A stretch of 64,000 bases of DNA from Lama guanicoe (Eukaryota). A model generated the notes under the pieces. It did not search any database. It worked only from the letters and a program-made list of their open reading frames with translations, and had not been told where the DNA came from. Numbering within the stretch: position 1 is the stretch's first letter; each line of letters begins with the position of its first letter. The translations under genes were made by a program, and so were the position numbers. Positions 1-11,150 of this stretch are shown here, in pieces. The stretch lies in contig MU054187.1 of the NCBI GenBank assembly GCA_013239625.1, forward strand, positions 18,778,711 through 18,842,710, in the 5' to 3' direction.

Positions 1-207
1 GGTTTTGCCCCTGAAGGGATATTAGGCAACGTGTAGAGGTAAAGTCCACTGTCATGACTAGTGGGGTGGAGAGGATGCTGTTGGTATCTAGTGGAAACAG
101 ATAGGATGTTGAGAGGCTGATAAACTTCCTACAATGTATAGGACAGCCCCCCACAACAAAGAACTCTCTAGTACAAAATGTCAATGGTGTTAATGTTGAG
201 AAACCCC
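1..207 (+). mobile_element. MER20 (hAT-Charlie non-autonomous DNA transposon), left end outside window
   Basis: Follows recalled MER20 consensus: ttttgccccc..cctacaatgtataggacagccccccacaacaaagaa..aaaatgtcaatggtg..gttgagaaaccc. Confidence 0.85.
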
Positions 208-899
208 AATCAACTGTGGTCGGGGGAAGGGTCAAGCGGGGTGTCAAAGGGTCTCTCAAAGAAGTGAGGTATTGGATGACAACCAATGGATAGGCAGGAG
301 GTACCCAGGCAGAGAGGGGCCAGAGAAAGATGATCCATGGGAGGTACGTGAGCCAAGAGCCAGTACTGCCCAAAACAGATTCCCATAAGCAGCACTAGAA
401 ACTCTCCCTCCCATTGCTTCCTTGTAAAATACCGTGAACCCATGGAAGGGGCATGGAGCGGAGTGTCTGAGGCTGCAATGTATCATTATTCTGCGAAGCA
501 ATTTATCAAGCACGAATCGTAGGTCATATACATTTCCTCCACTGTACTAAGCTTTTTCTCAAAGGCTAGTGTCTCATCTGAGATTTATTTCTCTTTATCA
601 GGAAATTGTTCTGGTCAGGAGTTAAAACACATCCATGGACAAGATCTAGCAGTTAGAAGCATTGGCTCTGAAATCAAGCACACCTGGCTTTGAATTCAGG
701 TCCTATCTCTGCCTGTGGGTTGGGTGTCCACGGCCACAGCCACTGCCATGGTTCCTTCCACAAGAGGAGCCTGTCAGCGCCAGGAAAAGGCAGAAAGGAG
801 GCCACAGGAGGGAAGGAGAAGGAACCTAGATCTTTTAGGATGAAAAAAAAATGGGGTAAAGAGAAAAGAGGAAGGCATTCTAGGTGAAGAAAGGAGCAT

Positions 900-1495
900 G
901 TGCCAAGGCTTGGAATTGTACGTGTGGAAAGTGGGACATGAGAAGATGAAGCTGACTTGAGGAATAAGGGGGAGTTTCATTCTGGACACACAAATGAGCA
1001 TTTCCTGTTGAAGATCTAAGCGGAGTTGCTCAGAGCATAGTCAGGGTGACAGGCAGGATTCAAATTCAGGTGAGAGTTAAGAGCTGGAGATTTATATACA
1101 CAAGAAAGAACTGTTCCTTGATGTAAAGCGCTGAGAGAAGGAGAAAAAAGAAAAGAAATGTTTGTTGGAAGGAAGGAAAAACATAAGAAAGGGAAAATGG
1201 GAAGAGAAAAAGAAAAGAGATGAGTATGTGAATAAAGAGAGAAAAGAACAAAATCAGGGTGATGTGTGTCATGGAAGCTTGGGGAGGAGAGAATTTAATT
1301 TGAAGGAGGAGTTGTCAGTCATGCCAAATACTGTAAAGAGGCCAAAGGGGATTAGAGCTGTTACAGAGATCACTGAACACAGACAGCAACTTAAGATATG
1401 TATTTCTAGCTGGAGGATGGAGGCAGACATCCAATGCAGGGAGTCCTGGACTGACTGTGGGTAAGTACTTGGAGACAGCTAGTGTGCAATGGCTT
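900..1495 (-). mobile_element. Degraded L2 fragment
   Basis: Purine-rich antisense L2-like motifs (tggagatttata, gtgtcatggaagc, agttgtcagtcatgccaaatactg); highly diverged. Confidence 0.5.
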
Positions 1496-1499
1496 TTTA

Positions 1500-1980
1500 C
1501 AAATTTGGATGCGAGACAAAGATGCCCGCTGTTATTGCTATTATTTCACATTGATTTGAAACTTCTAACCCAATGCATTTATTGCAAGAGAAAGAAAGAG
1601 AGATAATAATTGAAAATAAGTTAGCAAAACACATTCACTATCTGTAAGTTGTATTACATTTTACCTATGGTGCCTCAAAGATGCACATTAAAAAACTAGT
1701 AAACTTAAAAAGGACTTATTAAGACTAATACATTGGCTCACAAGGTGACTAATTACAAAGTAAATATATGGCCATTGGTTAATTAAAAAAAAATCCAGTT
1801 TACAGGAGGAACTCAAAGTGACTAAAAAGAAGGACTGAGTCAGTAGAAAGACCTAAGTTATTCAACATTGTATATGTATCAATTATCCTCAGGTTAACTT
1901 AAGTGTTTAGTACAACTCCATTCAAAATTCCAGTGCAGTCATGGGGGTCACTTGATAAATCAATTCGAAATACCATTAAG
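1500..1980 (+). mobile_element. Old L1 ORF2 (RT region) fossil
   Basis: agacaaagatgcccgctgttattgctattatttcacattg resembles the L1 RQGCPLSPLLFNIVLE coding block; downstream caactccattcaaaattccag is L1-like. Confidence 0.65.
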
Positions 1981-3037
1981 GATAGAAGATTGGATCCCAC
2001 AAAGAGAGGTGGTCAGTAAGAAATTCTTCTTAGTGGGGTAACAAAAGATTTTAGAAAAGGGATGTTAATATTCAATTTTGTCTCATATATTCAATATAAC
2101 CCCCTTCCATTTTCCTAGACATTAAGTAAAATCTGCTAAATATAGAAATGTATTTTATGGTTGTTGCAGGGGAGAAAATCCAAACAAAAGAGGTGGAGAT
2201 CCATCTTTAGACTGATGGGGAGCAGAGAAAAAGAACAGCTTGAGAAGGTGAATTTATGGTTAAATTCAGTCAAATCAGAACCAAGACAAGAAGTGATTAT
2301 GTAAATTTATGTAAACCCCTGGGAATTTGAGGCAATCTTAGACAATGAATTGCAACTCCATTGAGATGTGGGAGGGGCCTTGAGCCAACCTATTCAATTA
2401 TCTGAAAGTTCAGGGTAATTTCAGGTGACATCTCAGTAACATATGTGAAATCTTAACCTTTTTTAGAAATTCCTAGAAAAAAGACAAAATATTACTAGTG
2501 CTTATCTCTGCAGTATTGAATTACAAATGATGTTCTTCTCTTATACTTTTTGTGTTTTCTGAATTTCCTATGATAAGCATAAGTTTATTTTATTAGAAAA
2601 GTTTGTCAGTGAAAAAAGAGAAGTAGGAAGAATGCTTGGATGAAGAGCAGGGTCAAGTAAGGCTTTTCAAGTTCACTTGCTTGGTGGTATCCAGAAAGGT
2701 CATGGTAATTAAGTCTCTGTGTTTCATCTTCAACCATAATTATCATGGTTCTCACTTTATGTGTTTTGCTGTAATTTTGGAACCAAGCACCCAGGGTGAG
2801 CAACATATTTCTACCCGTCGACACCTCCCTCTTCTGACTTTCCACTCCAACTACACCAGTTATACACTTCCTTGAGTTGTGGTCTAGTTGTTGTTTCATG
2901 TGCTTAAATATTATCTTGCTAACTAAGTTATCAACTTGTCTATAAACTTGTCATGTCTTATATTTCTGATCATTCTCCTGGGGTACCTAATAGATATAAC
3001 TGATTTTGTGTTTAATTTTTAAAAATTTCCATTACTT

Positions 3038-3167
3038 GGAGGAGGGTGTAGCTCAGTGGTAGAGTGCGTGCTTAGCATGCTCGAGGTCCTGGGTTCAATC
3101 CTTGATACCTCCATCAATCAATCAATCAATCAATAAAACCTAATTACCTCTCCCTCTCAAAAAAAAA
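3038..3167 (+). mobile_element. Vic-1-type tRNA-derived SINE
   Basis: A box tagctcagtggt, B box ggttcaatcc, (atca)n spacer, aacctaattacctc tail and poly(A). Confidence 0.9.
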
Positions 3168-3639
3168 GCTTTAAAACTTTTAATTTATTTTATAACAGAA
3201 ATAGAGGAAAATATTCCGTGATTTTCAAGAAAAAAAGCTGAGAGTTCACAATAAGTCTTTGAGACTATGTAGCTGATGTGGCAACAGTATAGGTTTCCAA
3301 TTTCCATGAGATTTCCCTGTGAGGCAGCCTGGGAAGATGCCAACTATCGTGCATCGACTTGTGCTTGATAAACTGATAGTAGGTTGATTCTCATTCCTTA
3401 TTATAACAATAGAATTATATTTTATATTTAGATCTGTATTTAGAGCTACAGAGCTTTGTTTTCATCAAATCAGTGCTTTCTGGTATAAAGGTACTCACGT
3501 TTTTATTCTGCATCCGTGGTAAATCTTGGTACATAGAAAAAAATAAAGGTCTGGAGGCAGTGACCTCATTTCGCTTCCAAATAACTCCTCAAGAGAATCA
3601 AATAAAGATAATAGTGATAAAAACAAAGTAACAAGAATC

Positions 3640-3850
3640 ACTAACACTTATTGAGTGCCATCTCTGTGCCAAGCATTATGCCAAGCATTTCATGTTGAGT
3701 ATCTCATTTACTCCATGGAGTACCCCCAAGGGGTAGGCGCTATGAATATTTTGGTTTATGGTGGGGATGGAGCCTGAGAAAGGTTCAATGGTTTGGTCAG
3801 TGTCTGTCTGAGAAGCTGCAGAGCTGAGAGAACTGAGGTCTTCTGATGAT
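3640..3850 (-). mobile_element. MIR fragment
   Basis: taacacttattgagtgcc..tgtgccaagcatt..atctcattta typical MIR antisense sequence. Confidence 0.6.
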
Positions 3851-4373
3851 AAAATCAGGGATTTTTCCATTTTCTTCTTTCGTCTTTCATAACACCAAAT
3901 TTTGTCTCAATATTTAGAATCTTCCTTTTGCCTAATTGGGGGAAAAAATCTGGGCTCCTTAAAATAAAATCTAAGGAGTCTAAAACATATAATAAAACCT
4001 CTCTGCCTAGTAGAAAGGGTGAACTACTTAGTACAAAGGTCAGCAACCCAAACACCGAAAGATTTTAGGACAATAGAATATTAGTCTGATTAAGAGACTG
4101 ACTTTTCTTTTCCTGCTTCCTTCATAATTTTTTTTTGTATTTTTAATTGAAGTATAGTCATTTTACAATGTTGTGTCAGTTTCTGGTGTACAGCATAATG
4201 TTTCAGTCATACGTGTCCTGCCACCTCCCATCGTGGGACCGAGGAACCTGTGAAGATTCTTACCTGTCCAGAACTGTTCCGTTTCTGAAAGTGGCAGCAA
4301 AAGTGGGAATTATCATTAAGGAATTTCATATCATATTTTATTCCTCTGGAACCCACTGGCCCCATATAACACG

Positions 4374-4789
4374 TGTATTAGTTTCCTTTTACTGCTGTAA
4401 CAAATCACTACACATGTAATCACTTAAACATGACAAATACATTAGCTCACAGTTCTGTAGGTCAGAAGTCTAATGGGTTTGCTGGGCTGTGTTCTTTCTG
4501 GATGCTCTCGGGGACAATCGGTTTCCTTGCCTTTTTCAGCTTCTAGAGGCCCCTTCTTCCATCTTCAAAGCCAGTGGCATCTCCTTTCTTCTCTGATATC
4601 CTGCCTCCTTCTCATTAGGACCCTTATGATTACACTGGGTCCACCAGGATAATCCAGAATAATCTCCCCAGCTCAAGATCCTTAATTTAATCATAGTCGC
4701 AACATTCCTTCTGTCGTGTTAAGTAACGTATTTGCAGGTTCTGGACATTAGGATGTGGACGTCCTTGGGGGCCACTATTCAACGTCACA
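4374..4789 (-). mobile_element. MaLR solo LTR (MLT1B/C-like)
   Basis: tgtattagtttcct..gctgtaacaaat..cacagttctgtaggtcagaagtc..gataatccagaataatctcccca..ggggccactattca..caca; TG..CA ends. Confidence 0.85.
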
Positions 4790-5016
4790 ACAAGTGAATC
4801 TGATTTTCCATTTTCACAATCTGATCTTCAAACACATTTACAGAAATGCCCAGACATGAACTGGATATAAAAGTAGAGGCCTACATGCACTGAGGTGGAA
4901 AGATATTTCATTAGAAAATAAAATATGGTCTGCTCTCTTCTACCATTGTATAAAGAGGTACTACTTGGTTTTGTTTTGTTTTGTTTTGTTTTGTTGTTAA
5001 GTCTCCTCTATTTTTT

Positions 5017-5835
5017 GGTGTGGAGAAAAGGGGCCCCTCCTTGTTGGGTTGGTGGGAATATAAGTTGGTGCAATACTACAGCGAACAGTATGCAGGTTCC
5101 TTAAAAACTAAAAACAGAACTACCATATGCTCCAACAATCCCACTCCTGGGCATATATCCAGAGGAAACTCTAACTCGAAAAGATACATGCACCCCAGTG
5201 TTCAGAGCAGCACTATAAATAATAGCCAAGACATGGAAACATCCCAAATGTCCATCAATAGATGAATAAAGAAGATGTGGTGTACATATATACACATATG
5301 TATAATATATATGTATATATATATATATACACGCACGCACACACCCCCCCCCCAGAATACTACTCAGCCATAAAAAAGAATGAAATAATACCATTTGCAG
5401 CAACATAGATGGACCTGGAGATTACTAAAGTGAAGTAAGTCAGACAGAAAGACAAATTTGATAAAACACTACTTATATGTGGTATCTAAAAGTAAACTTA
5501 TTTACAAAACAGATGCAAATTCACAGACACAGGAAACAAACTACGATTACCAAAGGGGAAAGGAGAAGAGAAGGATAAATTAGGAGTTTGGGATTACCAT
5601 ATACACACTACTACATATAAAATAGGTAAACAGCAAGGGCCTGCTGAATAGCACAGGGAAGTATATTCAATATGTAATTACCCATAATGGAAAAGAATCT
5701 GAAAAAGAATATATATGTATATGTATAACTGAATCACTTTGCTGTACATCTGAAGCTAACACAACTTTGTAAATCAGCTATACTTCAATAAAAATTTTTA
5801 AAATTATAGATAAAAAATTTGAAAATTAAAAAAAA
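5017..5835 (+). mobile_element. 5'-truncated artiodactyl-type L1 (ORF2 C-terminus + 3'UTR)
   Basis: ORF2 end (caatcccactcctgggcatatatccaga) and 3'UTR ..gaatcactttgctgtaca..tatacttcaataaaa; internal (TA)n/(CA)n. Confidence 0.92.
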
Positions 5836-6919
5836 ATCTCTCCTCTTTTAAAATAGAATGAGGAGTTAGAAAACTGAAAAAACAGAGGAGACACTAGGAA
5901 AGACAAAACTGCCGCCAGGTATTCTAAAAACAAAAAGAGCATTAGTAAGGCTACTTCTTGTCTTTCCATTGAGCGTGAACAGGTAACTAATTGTTTTACA
6001 AGGATGGTAAATAAAGGCAAGGGATTTTTAAGTTGCTTCTGAATTTTCTGTATTTTTCCCCCCTTTTTGTTTCTTTTTTTTTTAACTTTTTTTTATTGAG
6101 TTATAGTCATTTTATAATGTTGTGTCAAATTGTTTCTTTTTGAAATTGAAAAGATTTGTACTCAGGATAAAATTTGAATATTTGACTCTAAAAGAAAATA
6201 TATCGGATTATCAAATTTTTCCCCTCTTGCTTAAGGAACCTGTTGTAAGACTATTTTCTGGGCTACCTACTATTACTGAATATTTATCAGAATAAAACTG
6301 CTGATCCTCTATTATCTAAAGATAAGGATTTACAGTGAGCAGAAAGAAAGGTTCTCCCTAAGCCTGGAGACAAAACTAAGATTAAATCAAACTGGATTTT
6401 ATTACATTTAAGAAACTGAGAATGACTTTTTTCTATATTTACTTAAACATATAGCTTTACCAATATTACTTAATATTTATACATGAGTGCTTTACTAGAT
6501 AGTTACACCATTTATTGAAGAAAAAAAAAACTAACTAAAAGAGAAAAAGAACCAACCTCTCTCTCAGTACTCCCGGCTACAGTATTACTTCTTCTAGACG
6601 GCTGTCCTAAGGCATTATCTGGGGACAATGTAGCCTGCTTCTGGGTAAAATGAATAGGGATATATAAAAGTCCCTATAAACTTGAATTGATAACGTAAAA
6701 GTAAATGTCAGATTTCATCGGGCAGAAAGAATGCAAAGAAATTCTCAATACCCTTTTGGGATAGGTTGAATTTACTGAATCCTCAAGATAATACCTTTAG
6801 GGAAAAGTCTTTAAAGGGAACCACGGTCATACATAAATCCTACTCCTTTCTGTCTTTACCATTTCTTCCCCATACCCAGATCTACTGAGCTAAAGAATAA
6901 TATCTATATTTGTGCATCA

Positions 6920-7120
6920 TTTGTGCTGTGTCTGACGCTGCTGAGTATTTTTTACATATCATATTTCATTTGATTCTCACAATAACCGTGTATCATGGAT
7001 ACTATCATTATCCTCATTTTATAGATGAGGAAACCAAATTTAAGTAACTTTCCAAAGTCACACAGCAAGCAAGTGACAGAGGCAGCTGCAGTGTGAGTGT
7101 TTGACTTCAGATGCCACACC
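6920..7120 (-). mobile_element. MIR
   Basis: MIR core cctcattttatagatgaggaaacc..aagtaactttccaaagtcacacagc. Confidence 0.75.
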
Positions 7121-7733
7121 ACGAACACTGCACTTCTATTTCACATTTTTTGCTAGGACACGATTTCTAAATCCCAAGTGGAATTTTTGCGTGCTAGATA
7201 TTAATAAGGAATGTAAAGGTCGTGGAATTCCCAGGTTAGCTGTTTCTGTTTCCTGAGACTTAGTCGTGAGGCGAGAGGCCGCCCCTCCTGGGTCTGGAAC
7301 ACGCTCCTTCCTTTCCACTATCTGTGAATAGAGCCTTCAGGGCACTGAATGGCTCTGTGGTTTTCCTTCATCCCCGTGGACCCACAGAGGCCCATTTCAC
7401 ACTCCGTGAATTCCGTATCTCTCAGCCAGCTTGGAAGCGGTGTGACTGTCACTAAAGAAATGAAGTCATTTTACACTCTCTTTCAAAAGCAAACAAACCT
7501 GGACATCCCCATGAACCTCGCACCGAGCCCGGGAGTGAAGGGGGCCCCCTCGCTATGAAGGTGGACTTTGTGAGAAGGCCAGGCAGTGTTGCTTTTGGAA
7601 GTTCACGGGGACATTCTAAGCTAACTTTGATCCCTTTTTCTGGCACCCTGGTTCCCGAAACCACCCTCCACTCCCCAGTCAGATGATGGAGCTCTCTGGA
7701 AACTCGATACACTTGATCCGAGGGGCCAGGGAT

Positions 7734-7747
7734 CCCCTAGGTGGCAC
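7734..7747 (+). promoter_or_regulatory. Candidate CTCF site
   Basis: CCCCTAGGTGGCAC, 13/14 to CCASYAGRKGGCRS, overlapping E-box CACGTG at 7745-7750; motif only. Confidence 0.35.
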
Positions 7748-8194
7748 GTGTGACCCAGGACTGCGACATGGGGTCGAGCTGTGGGCTGACCCACCCAGGA
7801 GAGCTCAGTCTGCCCCCCTCCCCACAATGCCAACATCTTTGTATAAATAAAATCAGGTTAAAACGAATCCACAGGCCTTTGGATGGCAGCATGTGGAGGC
7901 AGAAAAGGACAACTGTAGCTTCTGTGCCAAGAGTGAAGGATTTTAAAGGCTGACGGTGCTGATGGGAACGTCAGGTCCCATTTGGCCGTGGCTAAACCAG
8001 GTCTTGAACCTCTGCCTGCCCTCTTAAGACACTACCCAGATACCTGGATTCAAAGTTAGGGGCCTAGGAAATTTCCAGAATTCTGTTACAGATGGCAATG
8101 TGCAGACCCAGCTCTGAAAGCACGAGAAAAGGAGAAAAAACTCCTAAGTCCAAAGGCCAAAGACTCATTCTCCTCAAGGACCATCAACTAATCT

Positions 8195-8263
8195 TCCTTT
8201 TCCTCTTCTTTCTTTTTCCTTCTTTCTTTTCTCTTTCTTTTTCTTTTTTCTTTTCTTTTTTTT
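8195..8263 (+). repeat. Polypyrimidine (CT-rich) low-complexity tract
   Basis: About 70 nt of pure C/T. Confidence 0.9.
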
Positions 8264-8439
8264 AGCTCTCTGTTCAAGAGCAGAACAGTGACTTAACTGG
8301 TGACATCGAGAAAGAACAGCATTAGATCTCGGTGCTATGATTAGTAGTTGCTGCTGCTTGTCATAATACATCAGAAAAAACAGCAACCCATCTGTTCCAA
8401 ATTGATACAGCAAAGGCTCAGCAAGAAGTGTTTATCCAG

Positions 8440-8830
8440 AGTCTATGGGAAAGTGTCTGCGTTTTACGGCATATTGACATGTGTGCCCGTGCAGCTAAAA
8501 GATGTCAGATGCCAGCTTTCTACCTCGCCGCGTATCACGTAACATCTGTCACCACAACAGCGAAGCGTTTTGACAAGTGGGCTGTTTTAGCATGAAAATG
8601 TCCAAGTGGGAGGAAGAATATCCTTTGCTGAAAGTGAAATGCCACTTCAAATCTATGACGCCACTTGGACGAGTCTGTTCTGAGGATATAATAGGAAATG
8701 GAGTCAAACCACCTCTCCAACCCACAAAACAAATTGCTACAGCGCGCGGTGCTGGCGTCTTCTCACGGGTGGTAATTAGCAGCACATAAATGCTAATGAC
8801 TAATTAGCTTGGCCTGTGCAGACATCAGGA
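8440..8830. promoter_or_regulatory. Candidate enhancer / conserved non-coding element
   Basis: Repeat-free, 16 CpGs in 8460-8766, homeodomain and TGACA motifs; conservation not testable here. Confidence 0.4.
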
Positions 8831-10718
8831 GAATCAAAGCAAACTATTGTCCAAAAGCCTGACTTAACAGATACATAGACAGTAAAACTGTAAGTTTTAA
8901 TAGCTTTCAGTAACTCCTGGGTCGGGGGAACAGCAGGCAAGGGGGAATGCTGGGTTGGGGGGGCGGGGAGGGGAGGGAAGGTATGTGAATAAATAAATGT
9001 TATTTACATTTTAGGAGGTATAATTGGGTACTTCTCAGCCTCTGTATGCCAATGTCTCAGAAAATAAATCTAATTCACGAAGACATATGAATTCTCTGTG
9101 TACATTTAGTTGAAGGTCTGTTTTTCCTCTGTTGTCAGATGGTGTGATACCTAAAAGTTACTGCAGGAACATCTGGTATCCTTAATAAAACATGGCAGAT
9201 AAATGAGTGGCTTCTGCGCAGCATATGTGGATATAAGGGGAAATAAATAATTCACTTTTCTGGGAAAACATCAAGGTCAAAGAGATGACTCTTTACAACA
9301 AGATGTTAATGAGGTGTCACAAGAACAGAGGGCCCTGCCTACCAAAGCTAGTTGTGTGAGAAGCAGTGAAGATTCCAGAGTTCCTGTAAAGCACGGTTTA
9401 GGGACAGCAGTGGACTGGGCAGGACGGACTGGAGAGCTTGCCTTGAAGCTGTGTGGCCCAACAAGTATAGCCTGGGCTTGTAGATTTGTTTGGTTTTGGT
9501 AAATGACTTTGGAGAAGGGGAGATCGTGAGGAACTAAAGTCCTCCCCTTCCCTGCCCCCAGGTCACCCCCTGGAACTGCCACTGGGAGGAAGAAAACTGA
9601 TTTTTTGGAACTTTTTTAGTCCCCACTGGATTGCTTTACCTACCTGATGTAATCGATTTTTCTTAGAGAAACCAGGAGGAGGGCTTGAATTTATGTTAGC
9701 TAATCTTATATTTAAATGCCTGCATTCAAACCCTGTTGTTTTATATAACTGAAACGTGCATCTTCTCTGCTGTGAAATTAGAGTAAAGTTTAGCTTTGCT
9801 TTTGAATTATTTTCCGCTCTTTAAAGGGGATAAAATGGTTCTTTGGGGATGAGATCTCATATGCATTAACTTTCTCAATTCCATTCAAGCACCAAAAACA
9901 TGAATAGCACACACTTTATTAACTCAGAGTCTCTTCATTTTATTTTGACTGTATTGTAAGAAGAGGACCTAAGGTACTAAAATATATATTCTAATTTAAA
10001 TTTCTCAACACCAGATTCATCATAAAATACATACATTTTATACTAAAGCCCCACCAAAATTAGAGTGGGTTTTGTTCCTTTTTTTTGAAAGCTAGTGTGT
10101 TTGTATATCCCGCACACTCCTCTTGTACTGTAATATGTAAACACTGTAATTCTAAGAGGTTCAGAATCATTTAAAAGCTCTGGTTATTTAAAAGGCAACT
10201 CTGTTCTGACCATGTCAACCAAACAACTTGTCACTTCTGAGATCCTGGTTACAATAAAACTAAGAAGATAAGTTAATATTCTTCAGCCCTTAAAAGTCAG
10301 GGATTACTTCAAAACCCTAACATAGTTTAGAAAAGAAACCTTCCATGTCACTGCAGATAATCTCATCACATACACATCACAAAACACTAGGGCCAAACTG
10401 AGACAGGATAACAGGTTAGCACCCCTTCAAAAGGAAACTCTGTAAATATCTGTTTACCAAGAAGGAGTGATTTACTCCACTGAGGGCTAGCTGAGCAGTT
10501 TATGGTTCAGATAGACAGATTTGAGGGAAATTCCTGTAACGAAGAAGCTATTTGGAACTTCATTTTCATGGGCAAGGGTTTCTTGAAATAGTCAAGTTCT
10601 ACTGATGCAGATGGTTGAACAGTCATGTCATGTTAATGGAGACGGCAAACTATGTGGGTATAGATGGCTTGGGTCTCAATGTGAGAATACCAAAATGTGT
10701 AAGAATAAGATGCGATGA

Positions 10719-10883
10719 GGGGGAGGGTATAGCTCAGTGATGGAGTGCCTGCTTAGTATGCACGAGGTCCTGGATTCAATCTCCAATACCTTCATTAAAA
10801 AATAAGAAGAATTTAGAAATAAATAAGTAAATAAATAAACCTAATTATCCCCTAAAACAAAAACAAACAAAAAAGAAAAAAAA
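10719..10883 (+). mobile_element. Vic-1-type SINE with TSD
   Basis: A/B boxes; TSD aagatgcgatga (10707-10718) / aagatgctatga (10884-10895). Confidence 0.92.
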
Positions 10884-10904
10884 AAGATGCTATGAGATCA
10901 TCAT

Positions 10905-11150
10905 CGTCTCCTCATCCCAAACTGGTTCTTTTTATTCTGTTTTTCTGTTTCTTTTAATGACATTGCTACCCACCCTGACACACAGGATAAAAACCAGAGG
11001 ATCTTCCTTGATTCATGGCTAACATTTAATCAATTCAGCTTCTTTAAGGGGCTAGATCTTTCCTGAATCCATTGGCTCCTCTTCAACCCTGGTTCAGGCC
11101 CTCATCCTCTCTCAGCTGGAAACTGCAACACCCTCCTACCTGGCTTCCTA
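10905..11150 (+). mobile_element. L2 fragment
   Basis: cccaaactggttc..atcttccttgattc..ggttcaggccctcatcctctctcagctgg..cctcctacctggcttcct typical L2 3' region. Confidence 0.6.

Noticed and set aside
3038..3112. SINE heads as genuine tRNA genes (all 18 copies)
   Set aside because: Diverged, followed by SINE-specific tails, poly(A) and TSDs; these are retroposed copies
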